A stretch of 64,000 nucleotides of DNA from an uncultured Acidobacteriaceae bacterium. GTDB lineage: Bacteria > Acidobacteriota > Terriglobia > Terriglobales > Acidobacteriaceae. The stretch lies in NCBI GenBank assembly GCA_963713465.1, contig CAVQLZ010000019.1:720945-784944 (forward strand). Reading direction: 5' to 3'. Position 1 is the stretch's first letter, and every line of letters starts with the position of its first letter. Positions 27,013 through 37,712 of the stretch are shown here, piece after piece. The translations under genes and the position numbers were made by a program. The notes under the pieces are model-generated. The model was not told the origin of the DNA and did no database searches. It saw only the letters and a list, made by a program, of their open reading frames with translations.

Positions 27013-27035
27013 TCGTAGTTAGGTCCTCGTGTTGT

Positions 27036-27116
27036 CGCTATTCGCTCTTCGCTCTTCGCCAGAAAGCGGACCAGGGAATTCTCTGGCGAAAAGCGAAGAG
27101 CGAACCGCGAATAGCG
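27036..27116. repeat. heptamer-arm inverted repeat (CGCTCTT words)
   Basis: cgctattcgctcttcgctcttcgccag / ctggcgaaaagcgaagagcgaaccgcgaatagcg. The arms differ by one heptamer unit. It lies 3' of sucD. Confidence 0.8.
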
Positions 27117-27119
27117 TCC

Positions 27120-28001
27120 TTACTTCATCACCGCGGCTTGCGCCTTCACCAGCGTCTCGCCGATCTCGGCGGGCGACTTCGCAACGTGTATCCCTGCCGC
27201 CTGCATCGCCTTGATCTTCTCCGCCGCCGTTCCCTTCCCGCCGGAGATGATCGCGCCCGCGTGGCCCATGCGGCGTCCCGGAGGCGCGGTCTGCCCGGCG
27301 ATGAAACCCACTACCGGCTTGCGCACGTTTTGCCGGATGAACTCTGCCGCGACTTCTTCGGCGTTGCCGCCGATTTCGCCGATCATCACGATGGCTTCCG
27401 TTTCGGGATCGTCGTTGAATAACCGAATCGCATCGACGAAGTTCGTGCCGATGATGGGATCCCCGCCAATGCCGATGGCCGTCGATTGCCCGATGCCGCG
27501 CGTCGTCAACTGATAAACGGCCTCGTACGTCAGTGTGCCCGAGCGCGAGACGATGCCGACGTTCCCTTCCTTATGTATATGTCCTGGCATGATGCCGATT
27601 TTGCACCTGCCGGGCGAGATGATGCCCGGACAATTCGGCCCGATCAGCCGCGAGTTCTTCGACTTCAGGAACTCCCACGCGTTCACCATGTCGAGCGCCG
27701 GAATGCCTTCCGTGATGCAGACGATCAGCGCCACGCCGGCATCGGCAGCTTCCATGATGGCGTCGGCCGCGCCCGGCGGCGGAACGAAGATCACGGTCGC
27801 GTTGGCGCCGGTCTTGGCGACTGCTTCGCTTACTGTGTTGAAGATGGGCCAGCCCTCGTGCGTCGTGCCGCCCTTGCCGGGAGTCACGCCGCCGACAACG
27901 TTCGTTCCATAGGCGACAGCGTTCTTGGCGTGAAACGTTCCTTCACGTCCGGTCAGTCCCTGCACCAGCAGGCGTGTCGATTTATCAACCAGAATGCTCA
28001 T
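27120..28001 (-). CDS. sucD: succinate--CoA ligase subunit alpha
   Basis: [24 protein letters not shown]...GHAGAI phosphohistidine loop. ATG 28001 lies within ORF 27120-28037. Confidence 0.95.
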   Translation of the reverse strand: MSILVDKSTRLLVQGLTGREGTFHAKNAVAYGTNVVGGVTPGKGGTTHEGWPIFNTVSEAVAKTGANATVIFVPPPGAADAIMEAADAGVALIVCITEGIPALDMVNAWEFLKSKNSRLIGPNCPGIISPGRCKIGIMPGHIHKEGNVGIVSRSGTLTYEAVYQLTTRGIGQSTAIGIGGDPIIGTNFVDAIRLFNDDPETEAIVMIGEIGGNAEEVAAEFIRQNVRKPVVGFIAGQTAPPGRRMGHAGAIISGGKGTAAEKIKAMQAAGIHVAKSPAEIGETLVKAQAAVMK

Positions 28002-28218
28002 AGTTTTTCCCACTCTCCTTCGCAGTCGGCCGCACACGTGAGGACAACGCGAGTCCCGTGGCAGGTGCCATGGCAGTCCTGTTGGAAGTTCGTTGTCCGG
28101 ACGCTGTTTTCACAACTGAGTTCCAGACAGGTGAGAACCCAGGCCTCGTCGCCCAGATTCGATGTCATCGGGCTGGGCTTGTGAGATGGTTTGTCGAAGG
28201 TAATCGTCGTAACGCCCA

Positions 28219-29394
<1,176 letters not shown>

Positions 29395-29440
29395 GTTGGT
29401 ATGACGACTGGGACAACTTGGTCCCGCCCGCATGTTCAAC

Positions 29441-29496
29441 CGCGAACAACAAAAGCAGGTCCCTCGACTCCGCTTCATTACGCTCGCGATGACAAA
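29441..29496. repeat. family C repeat unit
   Basis: cgcgaacaacaaaagcaggtccctcgactccgc...cgctcgcgatgacaa. Confidence 0.6.
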
Positions 29497-29595
29497 CCGG
29501 GCAGTCCGGCCGGCTCGGCCGGATTTTGTCTGCTCCTTAAGGATGGCGTACAGCCGGGAAACTAGCGATTGTATAGGACGGAGCGAAGGTGAGGC

Positions 29596-30713
29596 TAGTG
29601 AACTGTCGCAAAGTAACCATTACTAGCTGTTAAGCTTCTAAGTTGGTATGGCGATAGACAGCGGAGTCTTCCTCACCAGTGACCAACATTCCGAACTCAG
29701 CAGCATTGCGCAATCGCGTTCTTTGCCTGCCGGGTACGTCTTTCGCGCCAAGCTCATCCTGATGCTGGCCGAAGGCGCTTCCTTCAACACCATCAAACGA
29801 TGCCTGCAAACCAGTGCGCCTACTATCATTCGCTGGAAACAGCGGTTCCTCCAGTCCGGGATCGATGGACTCGACACCTATCATCCCGGCCAGAAGGCCA
29901 CGGTTCTGACGGCTAGCTTGCGCGCCCGGATCCTTTCCGCCACGCGCAAGAAACCCGGCGACGGCTCCACGCATTGGAGTTGCCGCAAACTGGCGGTCGC
30001 TCTGGGCGTCAGCAAAGATGCCGTGCATCGGGTCTGGAAGGAAGCGGGTCTCAAACCTCACCGTCTGCAGCGCTACATGGCCAGCGACGACCCCGAGTTC
30101 GAACGCAAAGCCGCCGACATCATCGGCCTGTACCTGAATCCGCCGCAGCACGCAGCCGTCTTCTGTGTCGACGAAAAAACCGCCATTCAAGCCCTCGATC
30201 GACTCGACCCGGTCCTGCCGCTCTCGCCGGGACGTGCTGAGCGTCATGGCTTCGAGTATTACCGACATGGCACGCTTTCTCTGTATGCGGCGCTCGACAC
30301 CAAGACCGGACGCGTGCACGGAAAAACTGCCGCCCGCCATACCAGCCGCGACTTCGTCGCCTTCCTGGAAGAAGTCGTGTCTTTGTGTCCGCCTCGCCAG
30401 CACATCCATATCATCCTCGACAATCTCGCCGCCCATAAGACTCGACTGGTTCGCGATTTCCTCCAATTGCATCCCCGCATACAGTTTCACTTCACCCCGA
30501 CCTACTCTTCCTGGCTCAACCAAGTCGAAATCTGGTTCGCTAAAATTGAGCGCGAGGTCATTGCCCGCGGCATCTTCTCTTCCGTCCCCGATCTGGCCCG
30601 CAAACTCCGGCGCTACATCAACGCCTACTCAGCCAACGCCCGCCCGATCCGGTGGAAATACTCCGATCCTTCTCGCCGCCTACGTACTAACGAATTCACT
30701 GCGACAGTCACTA
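29596..30713 (+). mobile_element. IS630-family insertion sequence with TA target duplication
   Basis: Imperfect terminal inverted repeats gtgaactgtcgcaaagt (29598-) and actgcgacagtcac (-30711), each flanked by TA (29596-29597 and 30712-30713). It carries a single DDE transposase ORF. Confidence 0.8.
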
Positions 30714-30751
30714 GTGCGCTGCGTCACAGAACCTCTGTGTACGTGAACTGA
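29648..30751 (+). CDS. IS630-family DDE transposase
   Basis: 367 aa. N-terminal HTH region, then VDEKT...ILDNLAAHK...SWLNQVE (D,D,E). Confidence 0.85.
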   Translation: MAIDSGVFLTSDQHSELSSIAQSRSLPAGYVFRAKLILMLAEGASFNTIKRCLQTSAPTIIRWKQRFLQSGIDGLDTYHPGQKATVLTASLRARILSATRKKPGDGSTHWSCRKLAVALGVSKDAVHRVWKEAGLKPHRLQRYMASDDPEFERKAADIIGLYLNPPQHAAVFCVDEKTAIQALDRLDPVLPLSPGRAERHGFEYYRHGTLSLYAALDTKTGRVHGKTAARHTSRDFVAFLEEVVSLCPPRQHIHIILDNLAAHKTRLVRDFLQLHPRIQFHFTPTYSSWLNQVEIWFAKIEREVIARGIFSSVPDLARKLRRYINAYSANARPIRWKYSDPSRRLRTNEFTATVTSALRHRTSVYVN

Positions 30752-30867
30752 ATCCCGGACAACCAAGCACGCACGGTAAGCTGCCGTCTCTCGCGCTTTA
30801 GTATCAACGCGAATTTTTTTCTGCGATTTGACACCTCCCATCAGTGCGGAATTGTATGGTGTAGGCT

Positions 30868-31407
30868 ATGCAACGCCGTCCCAAAGCGAGCTCTCAGATG
30901 ACACGAACATTAGCTGTCGTTTTCCTCTGCTTTTCATTCAGCACGTTGACTCTCGCCCAACATACGCGCATCGAGTGGGACCACGATACCGACTTTGCCG
31001 GCCTACGCACCTACGGTTGGCAACCGAGCCCGAGTCCGGCAAAGGGCGTCTGGGACCAGCGCATCGTCGACGACATTGACAAGCAACTGCAAGCCAAAGG
31101 CCTGGCGAAAGTCGACTCCAATCCGGACGTTTGGGTCGTGTACACCAGAACCATTAAGAAGGACCGGAGCGACGTCAGCGGCGGGTACGTTGTTGGGCCC
31201 TGGGGTGACCCCGGCGTGCCCGCTATCCCCGAGACGTTCGAAGAAGGAACGTTAGTGGTTCAGATCGCCGCTACCAAGACGAAGCAGGTGGTCTGGCGCG
31301 GGTCGGCGAGCAAGACCCTCAGCGACAAGAGCAAGAAGAATCTCAAGAGCCTCGACAAGGCCATTGCTAAGCTGTTCGAGGACTATCCGCCGAAAGACAA
31401 GAAGTAG
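30868..31407 (+). CDS. DUF4136-like lipoprotein/secreted protein
   Basis: Signal peptide. The ...GTLVVQI......VWRG.A pattern is typical of DUF4136. An alternative ATG lies at 30898. Confidence 0.7.
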   Translation: MQRRPKASSQMTRTLAVVFLCFSFSTLTLAQHTRIEWDHDTDFAGLRTYGWQPSPSPAKGVWDQRIVDDIDKQLQAKGLAKVDSNPDVWVVYTRTIKKDRSDVSGGYVVGPWGDPGVPAIPETFEEGTLVVQIAATKTKQVVWRGSASKTLSDKSKKNLKSLDKAIAKLFEDYPPKDKK

Positions 31408-31488
31408 AGCCCGGCATGCAGTGCCCGTGCAGGAAGCGCTCGCACCTTTCTCCGTGTGATCTAAATCCTATCCGTCGGAGATTCGGGC

Positions 31489-32466
31489 ATGGATCCAGGA
31501 TTGAAAGACAAAGTGGTTCTCGTCACTGCAGCGAGCCAGGGAATTGGCCGGGCGATCGCGGAAGCGTTTGCTGCCGAGAAATCGAAAGTTGCCATCACGG
31601 CGCGTGGTGGCGATCACATCAAGAAAGCAGCACAGGAAATCGGCCAGAGCAGCGGCACGGAAGTGATCGGCCTAGCTGCCGATGCGTCGAAGGCAGAGGA
31701 CAACATCCGCATGGTGGACGAAGTAGTGAGACGCTTCGGAACGGTTCATGTGCTGGTGAACAATGCCGGTGGCGTGGGTGCTTTCGCCAGCTTCGATCAA
31801 CTCGCCGACGAGAATTGGCTCGACGTTCTCAACCTGAACGTGATGTCCGCGGTCCGCGCTACGCGCGCGGCTCTGCCTTACATGCAGCGGCAGAAATGGG
31901 GACGCGTCATCAACATTTCGAGCGAATCCGGCACGCAGCCCGATGCCGCCATGCCGCACTACAATGCCTCGAAGGCGGCAATCAATAACCTGACGAAGAG
32001 CCTGTCAAAGGCTTACGCCAAGGACGGGATTCTGGTGAACACAGTTTCGCCAGCGTTCATCATGACACCACTGCTTCAGGACATGCTGCAGAAGATGGCG
32101 CAGGAGCAGGGCGTCAGCTTCCAACAGGCCGTAGATGGCTTCCTTGCGACGAACCGGCCGCACATTGAGTTGAAGCGCCCGGGCGAGCCCGAGGAAGTCG
32201 CGTCAGCGGTGGTTTTTCTCGCCTCCGAACGGGCGTCTTTCATTACGGGCGCAAATCTGCGGCTGGACGGCGGCTCCGTGGCAGTGTGTAGTGCAGAGAA
32301 ATATCTCAGTGCCGGCGAGCCAGAGCGGCGCCATTTGTCTTCACTCCATTGCGACCGCTCCCGGCGCCGTCACGACGGCTCGACGAGAGATTGCCGGCCG
32401 CGCCCCCCAGCACCAGGCGGCAGACTTCCTCGATGTAGCGCTCGCTCAGTTCGTCGTGGCGGATGA
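31489..32466 (+). CDS. SDR-family oxidoreductase with a roughly 60-aa Arg-rich tail
   Basis: TAASQGIG cofactor motif, NNAG and the YNASK catalytic motif. The SDR fold ends near GANLRLDGGS (about 32275). The tail is antisense to the TetR gene 3' end. Confidence 0.85.
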   Translation: MDPGLKDKVVLVTAASQGIGRAIAEAFAAEKSKVAITARGGDHIKKAAQEIGQSSGTEVIGLAADASKAEDNIRMVDEVVRRFGTVHVLVNNAGGVGAFASFDQLADENWLDVLNLNVMSAVRATRAALPYMQRQKWGRVINISSESGTQPDAAMPHYNASKAAINNLTKSLSKAYAKDGILVNTVSPAFIMTPLLQDMLQKMAQEQGVSFQQAVDGFLATNRPHIELKRPGEPEEVASAVVFLASERASFITGANLRLDGGSVAVCSAEKYLSAGEPERRHLSSLHCDRSRRRHDGSTRDCRPRPPAPGGRLPRCSARSVRRGG

Positions 32467-32998
32467 GGAAGCGCATGTAAATCGCGCCGTAAAGAATGTC
32501 GAGCACCAGGTCGAGGTCAAGCGAGCGCGGCAGCTCGCCGCGCTCGCTTCCGCGGCGCAAGGTCTGATACGCCTCCTGGCGGCGGGGCCGAAGCAGGCGT
32601 TTGCGGAACTCCTCCAGCAGCTCGGGATCGGATTGTCCGGCGGCGACAATGGCGCGCACGATACAACCGCGGGGCGAGCGCAACACGCCAAGAAATTTGC
32701 TCATCTGGCGGGCCATGTCGCGGTAGACCGAGCCGCTGTCCGGGAAGTGCAGTTCGTCCTCGGTGCTGGAGGCAAAGGCGTCGACCACCAGCGCGCCCTT
32801 GTTCGGCCACCAGCGATAGACCGTGGCTTTGCCCACCCGGGCATCGGCGGCGATGGCTTCGATGGACAAATCGGCAAAGCTGCGCCGGCGCAGCAGCTTG
32901 ATGGTGCTGCGCAGGATCGATTGCCGTGCGTTTTCCGAGCGCGGCCGTCCCGGCGGGCGCTTACCGTTATTTGCGACGTATTGTCGAGAAGCGGGCAT
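32306..32998 (-). CDS. TetR/AcrR-family transcriptional regulator
   Basis: HTH SIEAIAADARVGKATVYRWWPNK. ATG 32998 lies within ORF 32306-33193. It is divergent from the RND operon. Confidence 0.85.
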   Translation of the reverse strand: MPASRQYVANNGKRPPGRPRSENARQSILRSTIKLLRRRSFADLSIEAIAADARVGKATVYRWWPNKGALVVDAFASSTEDELHFPDSGSVYRDMARQMSKFLGVLRSPRGCIVRAIVAAGQSDPELLEEFRKRLLRPRRQEAYQTLRRGSERGELPRSLDLDLVLDILYGAIYMRFLIRHDELSERYIEEVCRLVLGGAAGNLSSSRRDGAGSGRNGVKTNGAALARRH

Positions 32999-33008
32999 GA
33001 AGCAAAGA

Positions 33009-33115
33009 GTTGTCAGTTGTCGGTTGTCGGTCACAAACCACAGCATGACCGAGTTGTGGTCACCAGAGCCGCCGCAGTGTCCGCAACTGACAACTGACAA
33101 CCGGCAACTGACAAC
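33009..33115. repeat. heptamer-arm inverted repeat (CAGTTGT words) in a divergent promoter region
   Basis: gttgtcagttgtcggttgtcgg / caactgacaactgacaaccggcaactgacaac, with an inner hairpin accaca...tgtggt. Confidence 0.8.
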
Positions 33116-33128
33116 TGTTTCTTGAATC

Positions 33129-33145
33129 CGATACGTTCCGTATCG
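33129..33145. promoter_or_regulatory. 7-3-7 palindrome cgatacg-ttc-cgtatcg, candidate TetR operator
   Basis: Perfect inverted repeat between the TetR gene and the RND permease gene. Confidence 0.5.
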
Positions 33146-33214
33146 TATCATATCCTGTGTCCCTGCTTCTAACGCCAGCGCTCCGCGCGGCATTGCGGGA
33201 GTTACACCGAATCC

Positions 33215-36200
33215 ATGTGGATTGTTGCCCTAGCGCTCCGGCGCCCGTATACGTTTGTGGTGATGGCGCTGGTCATCATCCTGCTCATGCCGCTGGCCGT
33301 TCTGCGCACGCCGGTTGACATCTTCCCCGACATCAACATCCCCGTGGTCAGCGTGCTGTGGAACTTCACCGGCTTCGCCCCGCAGGAGATGGCCGACCGT
33401 ATTGTCAGCAACTCGGAGCGCATCGCCACCGTCACGGTCAACAACATTGAGCACATGGAGTCGCAGTCGGTCTACGGCTTCGGTGTGGTCAAGATTTACT
33501 TCCAGCCGGGCGTCAACATCCAAACCGCCTTGGCGCAGACCACGGCGGCGATGCAGACCATCCTGCGCAGCCTGCCTCCAGGCACGACTCCCCCCCTAAT
33601 CATCCAGTACACGGCATCCACCACGCCGATCGTTCAACTCGGTCTGAGCAGCAAGACGCTGCCTGACCAGGTGCTGTTCGACCTCGGCCAGAATTTCCTG
33701 CGCACGCAACTGGCGACGGTGCAAGGCGCGGCCACGCCTTACCCCTATGGCGGCAAGATTCGCCAGGTGCAGGTGGATTTGGACATGCCGCGCTTGCAGG
33801 CGCAGGGGCTGTCGCCGAGCGACGTCGTCAACGCCGTCAACGCGCAGAACGTCATCACGCCGTCGGGCACGGCGAAAATCGGCTCCATCGAGTACCAGGT
33901 GGAGATGAACAGCGCTCCCAGGACCATCGCCGAACTGAACGATCTGCCGGTGAAGCAGGTGAATGGGGCGACAATCTACCTGCGCGACGTGGCCCATGTG
34001 CGCGACGGCTTTGCGCCGCAGACCAACATCGTTCGTCAGGACGGGGTGCACGGCGTGCTGATGTCGATGTACAAGGTCGGTGCGGGATCCACCATCACCA
34101 TCGTCAACGCGATCAAGGGCATCGTTCCCATTGCCCTGCAGGCGCTGCCCAAAGGAATCACAGTCAAGCCGCTCTTCGATCAGTCGCTTTTTGTTCGCGC
34201 GTCGATCAACGGCGTACTGCGCGAGGGCCTGATCGCCGCCGCGCTGACCGCGTGCATGATCCTGCTGTTCCTGGGCGACTGGCGCCCGACCATTGTCATC
34301 TCGATTTCCATTCCGCTGTCGATCTTCGTCTCCGTGCTGTTGCTCAGCGCGCTGGGCGAGACCATCAACATCATGACCCTCGGCGGTCTGGCGCTGGCCG
34401 TCGGAATTCTGGTCGATGACGCCACGGTCGAAATCGAAAACATTGAGCGCAACCTTGCCCAGGGCAAGGAAATGAAGCAGGCGATTCTCGACGGCGCCGC
34501 GCAGATTGCCGTTCCGGCATTCGTCTCCACGCTGTCGATCTGCATCGTGTTTGTGCCCATGTTTTTCCTGACGGGCGTCGCACGATACCTCTTTGTACCG
34601 CTGGCCGAAGCCGTGGTCTTCGCCATGCTCGCGTCCTACTTCCTGTCGCGAACCCTGATTCCGACGCTGGTGATGTACATCATGCGCGGCCACGAGCACC
34701 GCGAGGAAAGCGGCAAGACCTTCTTCGGGCGTTATCAGCGGCGGTTTGAGCGGGGTTTCGACAAGTTTCGCGCCGGCTACTATCAACTGCTGGAAACCAC
34801 GATGGAGCACCGCGCGGTCTTCGCCATCTGCTTCGTCGCTTTCTGCGTGCTGTCCATGGGCCTGGTGTTTTTTCTGGGCGAGGACTTCTTCCCCAGCGTC
34901 GATGCCGGACAGATGCGCCTGCACGTTCGCGGGCCGGTCGGGCTGCGCGTAGAAGAAACAGCGCGCCTGTGCGACGAGGTCGAGAGCTATCTCCGGACGC
35001 AGATTCCCAAAGACGAGCTGGTTACGATTCTGGACAATATCGGGCTGCCGAATTCCAGCATTAATCTTTCGTACAGCAACTCCGGAGTGATTGGCACCAG
35101 CGATGCAGAGATTCTGCTCGGCTTGAACCAGGAGCACCATCATCCTACGGCGGATTACATTCGCAAGCTGCGGCAAGGGCTGCCGCGAGAGTTTCCCGGG
35201 GTTGAGTTCTTCTTCCAGCCGGCCGACATCGTGACGCAGATCCTGAACTTCGGCCTGCCCGCGCCGATTGACATCCAACTGATCGGCCCCGACATGCAGA
35301 CCAACTACGATATCGCCGAGCAGATTTCCAATCGGGTGCGACTGGTTCCCGGCACGGCCGACGTGCACGTACAGCAGTTGCTCGATTTGCCCACACTACA
35401 CCTGGATATCCAGCGCACGCGTATCGCGCAGGTCGGAATGCAGGCGCGCGATGTCGCGCAAAGCGTACTGGTTTCGCTGAGCGGAAGCTTCCAGACGACG
35501 CCGAACTTCTGGCTCAATCCCGCGAACGGCGTCAGCTACCAGGTCGCGGTGCAGTCGCCGCAGTATCGGGTTACCTCGCTGCAAGACCTGATGTACACGC
35601 CGGTCAACACGCCGAATAATCCCAATCAACAGGTGCTGGCCAACCTGGTGCAGTTGAGCCCGGTGGAGCGCGCCGCGGTGGTGTCGCATTACAATGTGCA
35701 GCCGGTGATCGACGTGTACGTCAGCACCCAAGGGCGCGACCTGGGCGGCGTCATCAGCGATGTCAATCGCGTATTGCAACCCTTCCGGCAACACCTGCCG
35801 CGCGGCACGCAGATGATTGTCCGCGGCCAGGTGCAGACCATGCGGTCGTCATTTATCGGACTGGGCGTCGGACTGCTTGCCGCGATTGTGCTGGTGTACT
35901 TCCTCATCGTCGTCAACTTCCAGTCGTGGCTCGATCCCTTCATCATCATCACTGCATTGCCGGGCGCGTTGGCAGGCATCTGCTGGATGCTGCTGCTGAC
36001 GCATACCACGCTTAATGTCCCGTCGCTGACCGGAGCCGTGATGTGCATGGGCGTGGCGACAGCCAACTCGATTCTGATGATTTCTTTCGCGCGCGACCGC
36101 ATCAGCGCCGGTATTCCGGCTGCCCAGGCGGCGCTGGAAGCGGGTTACACGCGTATCCGTCCGGTGCTGATGACGGCGCTGGCCATGATCATCGGCATGT

Positions 36201-36367
36201 TGCCGATGTCACTGGGACTGGGCGAGGGCGGCGAGCAGAATGCGCCGCTGGGCCGCGCGGTGATCGGAGGATTACTGTTTGCCACGGTGGCGACGCTGTT
36301 TTTTGTGCCTACAGTTTTTGCCATGATTCACGGCCACCGGGAAAAGAAAGCGCAGCAGAGGTCATAG
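33215..36367 (+). CDS. efflux RND transporter permease subunit (AcrB/CzcA superfamily)
   Basis: 1050 aa, 12-TM RND architecture. N-terminus reads ALRRPYTFVVMALVIILL...P.DIFPDI..P. Confidence 0.95.
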   Translation: MWIVALALRRPYTFVVMALVIILLMPLAVLRTPVDIFPDINIPVVSVLWNFTGFAPQEMADRIVSNSERIATVTVNNIEHMESQSVYGFGVVKIYFQPGVNIQTALAQTTAAMQTILRSLPPGTTPPLIIQYTASTTPIVQLGLSSKTLPDQVLFDLGQNFLRTQLATVQGAATPYPYGGKIRQVQVDLDMPRLQAQGLSPSDVVNAVNAQNVITPSGTAKIGSIEYQVEMNSAPRTIAELNDLPVKQVNGATIYLRDVAHVRDGFAPQTNIVRQDGVHGVLMSMYKVGAGSTITIVNAIKGIVPIALQALPKGITVKPLFDQSLFVRASINGVLREGLIAAALTACMILLFLGDWRPTIVISISIPLSIFVSVLLLSALGETINIMTLGGLALAVGILVDDATVEIENIERNLAQGKEMKQAILDGAAQIAVPAFVSTLSICIVFVPMFFLTGVARYLFVPLAEAVVFAMLASYFLSRTLIPTLVMYIMRGHEHREESGKTFFGRYQRRFERGFDKFRAGYYQLLETTMEHRAVFAICFVAFCVLSMGLVFFLGEDFFPSVDAGQMRLHVRGPVGLRVEETARLCDEVESYLRTQIPKDELVTILDNIGLPNSSINLSYSNSGVIGTSDAEILLGLNQEHHHPTADYIRKLRQGLPREFPGVEFFFQPADIVTQILNFGLPAPIDIQLIGPDMQTNYDIAEQISNRVRLVPGTADVHVQQLLDLPTLHLDIQRTRIAQVGMQARDVAQSVLVSLSGSFQTTPNFWLNPANGVSYQVAVQSPQYRVTSLQDLMYTPVNTPNNPNQQVLANLVQLSPVERAAVVSHYNVQPVIDVYVSTQGRDLGGVISDVNRVLQPFRQHLPRGTQMIVRGQVQTMRSSFIGLGVGLLAAIVLVYFLIVVNFQSWLDPFIIITALPGALAGICWMLLLTHTTLNVPSLTGAVMCMGVATANSILMISFARDRISAGIPAAQAALEAGYTRIRPVLMTALAMIIGMLPMSLGLGEGGEQNAPLGRAVIGGLLFATVATLFFVPTVFAMIHGHREKKAQQRS

Positions 36368-36371
36368 AATA

Positions 36372-37712
36372 GTGGATACGTTTACGGAAATGGACAGGCC
36401 GGAAAAACCAGTTGCGGAGCATGAGGCAAAGCGCGGGGCCACCGGCGCAGACGGCGGCGATCCCTGGCGCGATCCCGATCAGCGGGTGACCGAAAAACCC
36501 GCTCCGCAACCCGACGGCCATGCTGCGCCGGAGATCACTCCGCCACCAAAACTACCGCCAGCGAAGCCGCGCAAGGCGCTGATGCTGGTTGGTGCGGCGG
36601 TGCTGGTGCTGGTTCTCGGAGGCGCGCTTTCCATGCTGCTGCGCATTCACGACAGTCACGTGCTGGCGGATGAGACGCAGCAGGAGGCGATTCCCATCGT
36701 CGCCGTCATCCATCCCACTCCCGAGAAGCCCACCGAAGAGCTGGTGCTGCCCGGCACGCTACAGGCGTTTGTGGAGTCGCCCATCTACGCGCGCACCAAC
36801 GGCTATCTGCTGCGCTGGTATAAGGACATCGGGAGCCGGGTGAAGAAGGGCGACCTGCTGGCCGACATCGACACCCCCGAAGTCGATCAGGAGTTGATGC
36901 AGGCGCGCGCCGCGCGGCAGCAGGTGGTCGCCGCGATGGACCTGGCGAAGATCAACTCCGACCGTTATCAGTCGCTGCGCAAAACCGATTCGGTCTCGCA
37001 GGAAGAAGCGGACACCCAGAGCAGCGGCTACGAACAAGCCCAGGCCAATCTTGCCGCCGCCGATGCGAATGTCAAGCGACTGGAGGAGCTGGAAGGTTTC
37101 AAGCGTGTTTATGCGCCCTTCAACGGGGTTATCACGCGCCGGCTGGTTGATCCCGGCGCGCTAATCAATGCCGGCATTTCCGGCGCCGCCGGCAAGGAGC
37201 TGTTCGACATCGCCACCACCGACCCGCTGCGCGTGTACGTTTCGGTGCCGCAGGCCTACGCCCCGGCGATTCACACCGGGGTCGACGCGACGGTTACGCT
37301 GCAGGAGTTTCCCGGGCAGAAGTTCCACGCCGCGGTTGCGCGCACCGCCGACTCAATCGACGTTGCGTCACGCTCACTGCTGACGGAAGTGGATGTACCG
37401 AATGCTGACGGCAAGCTGCTTCCCGGCTCCTTCGGAGAGGTGCACTTCCGGCCCAATATCAATGCGCATAAGGTCACGATTCCGCAGAATGCCATGCTGT
37501 TCCGGAAAGAAGGTGCGCAGGTCGCCATCGTAGGGCCCGACAATAAAGTGGAGTTGCGGCACATCAGCATCGGCCGTGACTTCGGCAACACGCTGGAGAT
37601 CGTCGGCGGCGTCGACGAAAACGATCGCGTGATCGTCAATCCGTCTGACGCGATCGAGAACGGAGAGAAGGTCAACGTCGCGCCCGAGGGCCAAGCCGGT
37701 CAGAAGTCATGA
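36372..37712 (+). CDS. efflux RND periplasmic adaptor (membrane fusion protein)
   Basis: TM anchor, lipoyl/hairpin/beta-barrel pattern (GDLLADIDTPE...YAPFNGVIT). GTG 36372 or ATG 36390. Confidence 0.9.
   Translation: MDTFTEMDRPEKPVAEHEAKRGATGADGGDPWRDPDQRVTEKPAPQPDGHAAPEITPPPKLPPAKPRKALMLVGAAVLVLVLGGALSMLLRIHDSHVLADETQQEAIPIVAVIHPTPEKPTEELVLPGTLQAFVESPIYARTNGYLLRWYKDIGSRVKKGDLLADIDTPEVDQELMQARAARQQVVAAMDLAKINSDRYQSLRKTDSVSQEEADTQSSGYEQAQANLAAADANVKRLEELEGFKRVYAPFNGVITRRLVDPGALINAGISGAAGKELFDIATTDPLRVYVSVPQAYAPAIHTGVDATVTLQEFPGQKFHAAVARTADSIDVASRSLLTEVDVPNADGKLLPGSFGEVHFRPNINAHKVTIPQNAMLFRKEGAQVAIVGPDNKVELRHISIGRDFGNTLEIVGGVDENDRVIVNPSDAIENGEKVNVAPEGQAGQKS

Noticed and set aside
33596-35368. 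Very long ORFs antisense to, or out of frame with, recognised genes. Examples: 33596-35368 (590 aa) inside the RND permease gene; 56019-57449 (476 aa) inside the TonB-dependent receptor gene; 28375-29565 inside sucC; 24894-26321; 49575-50645; 47408-48451; 45297-46241; 29630-30523 inside the IS630 transposase gene.
   Set aside because: They overlap genes with clear family motifs. They have Arg/Ala/Gly-rich, low-complexity translations typical of shadow ORFs in high-GC DNA. They lack recognisable motifs or ribosome-binding sites.
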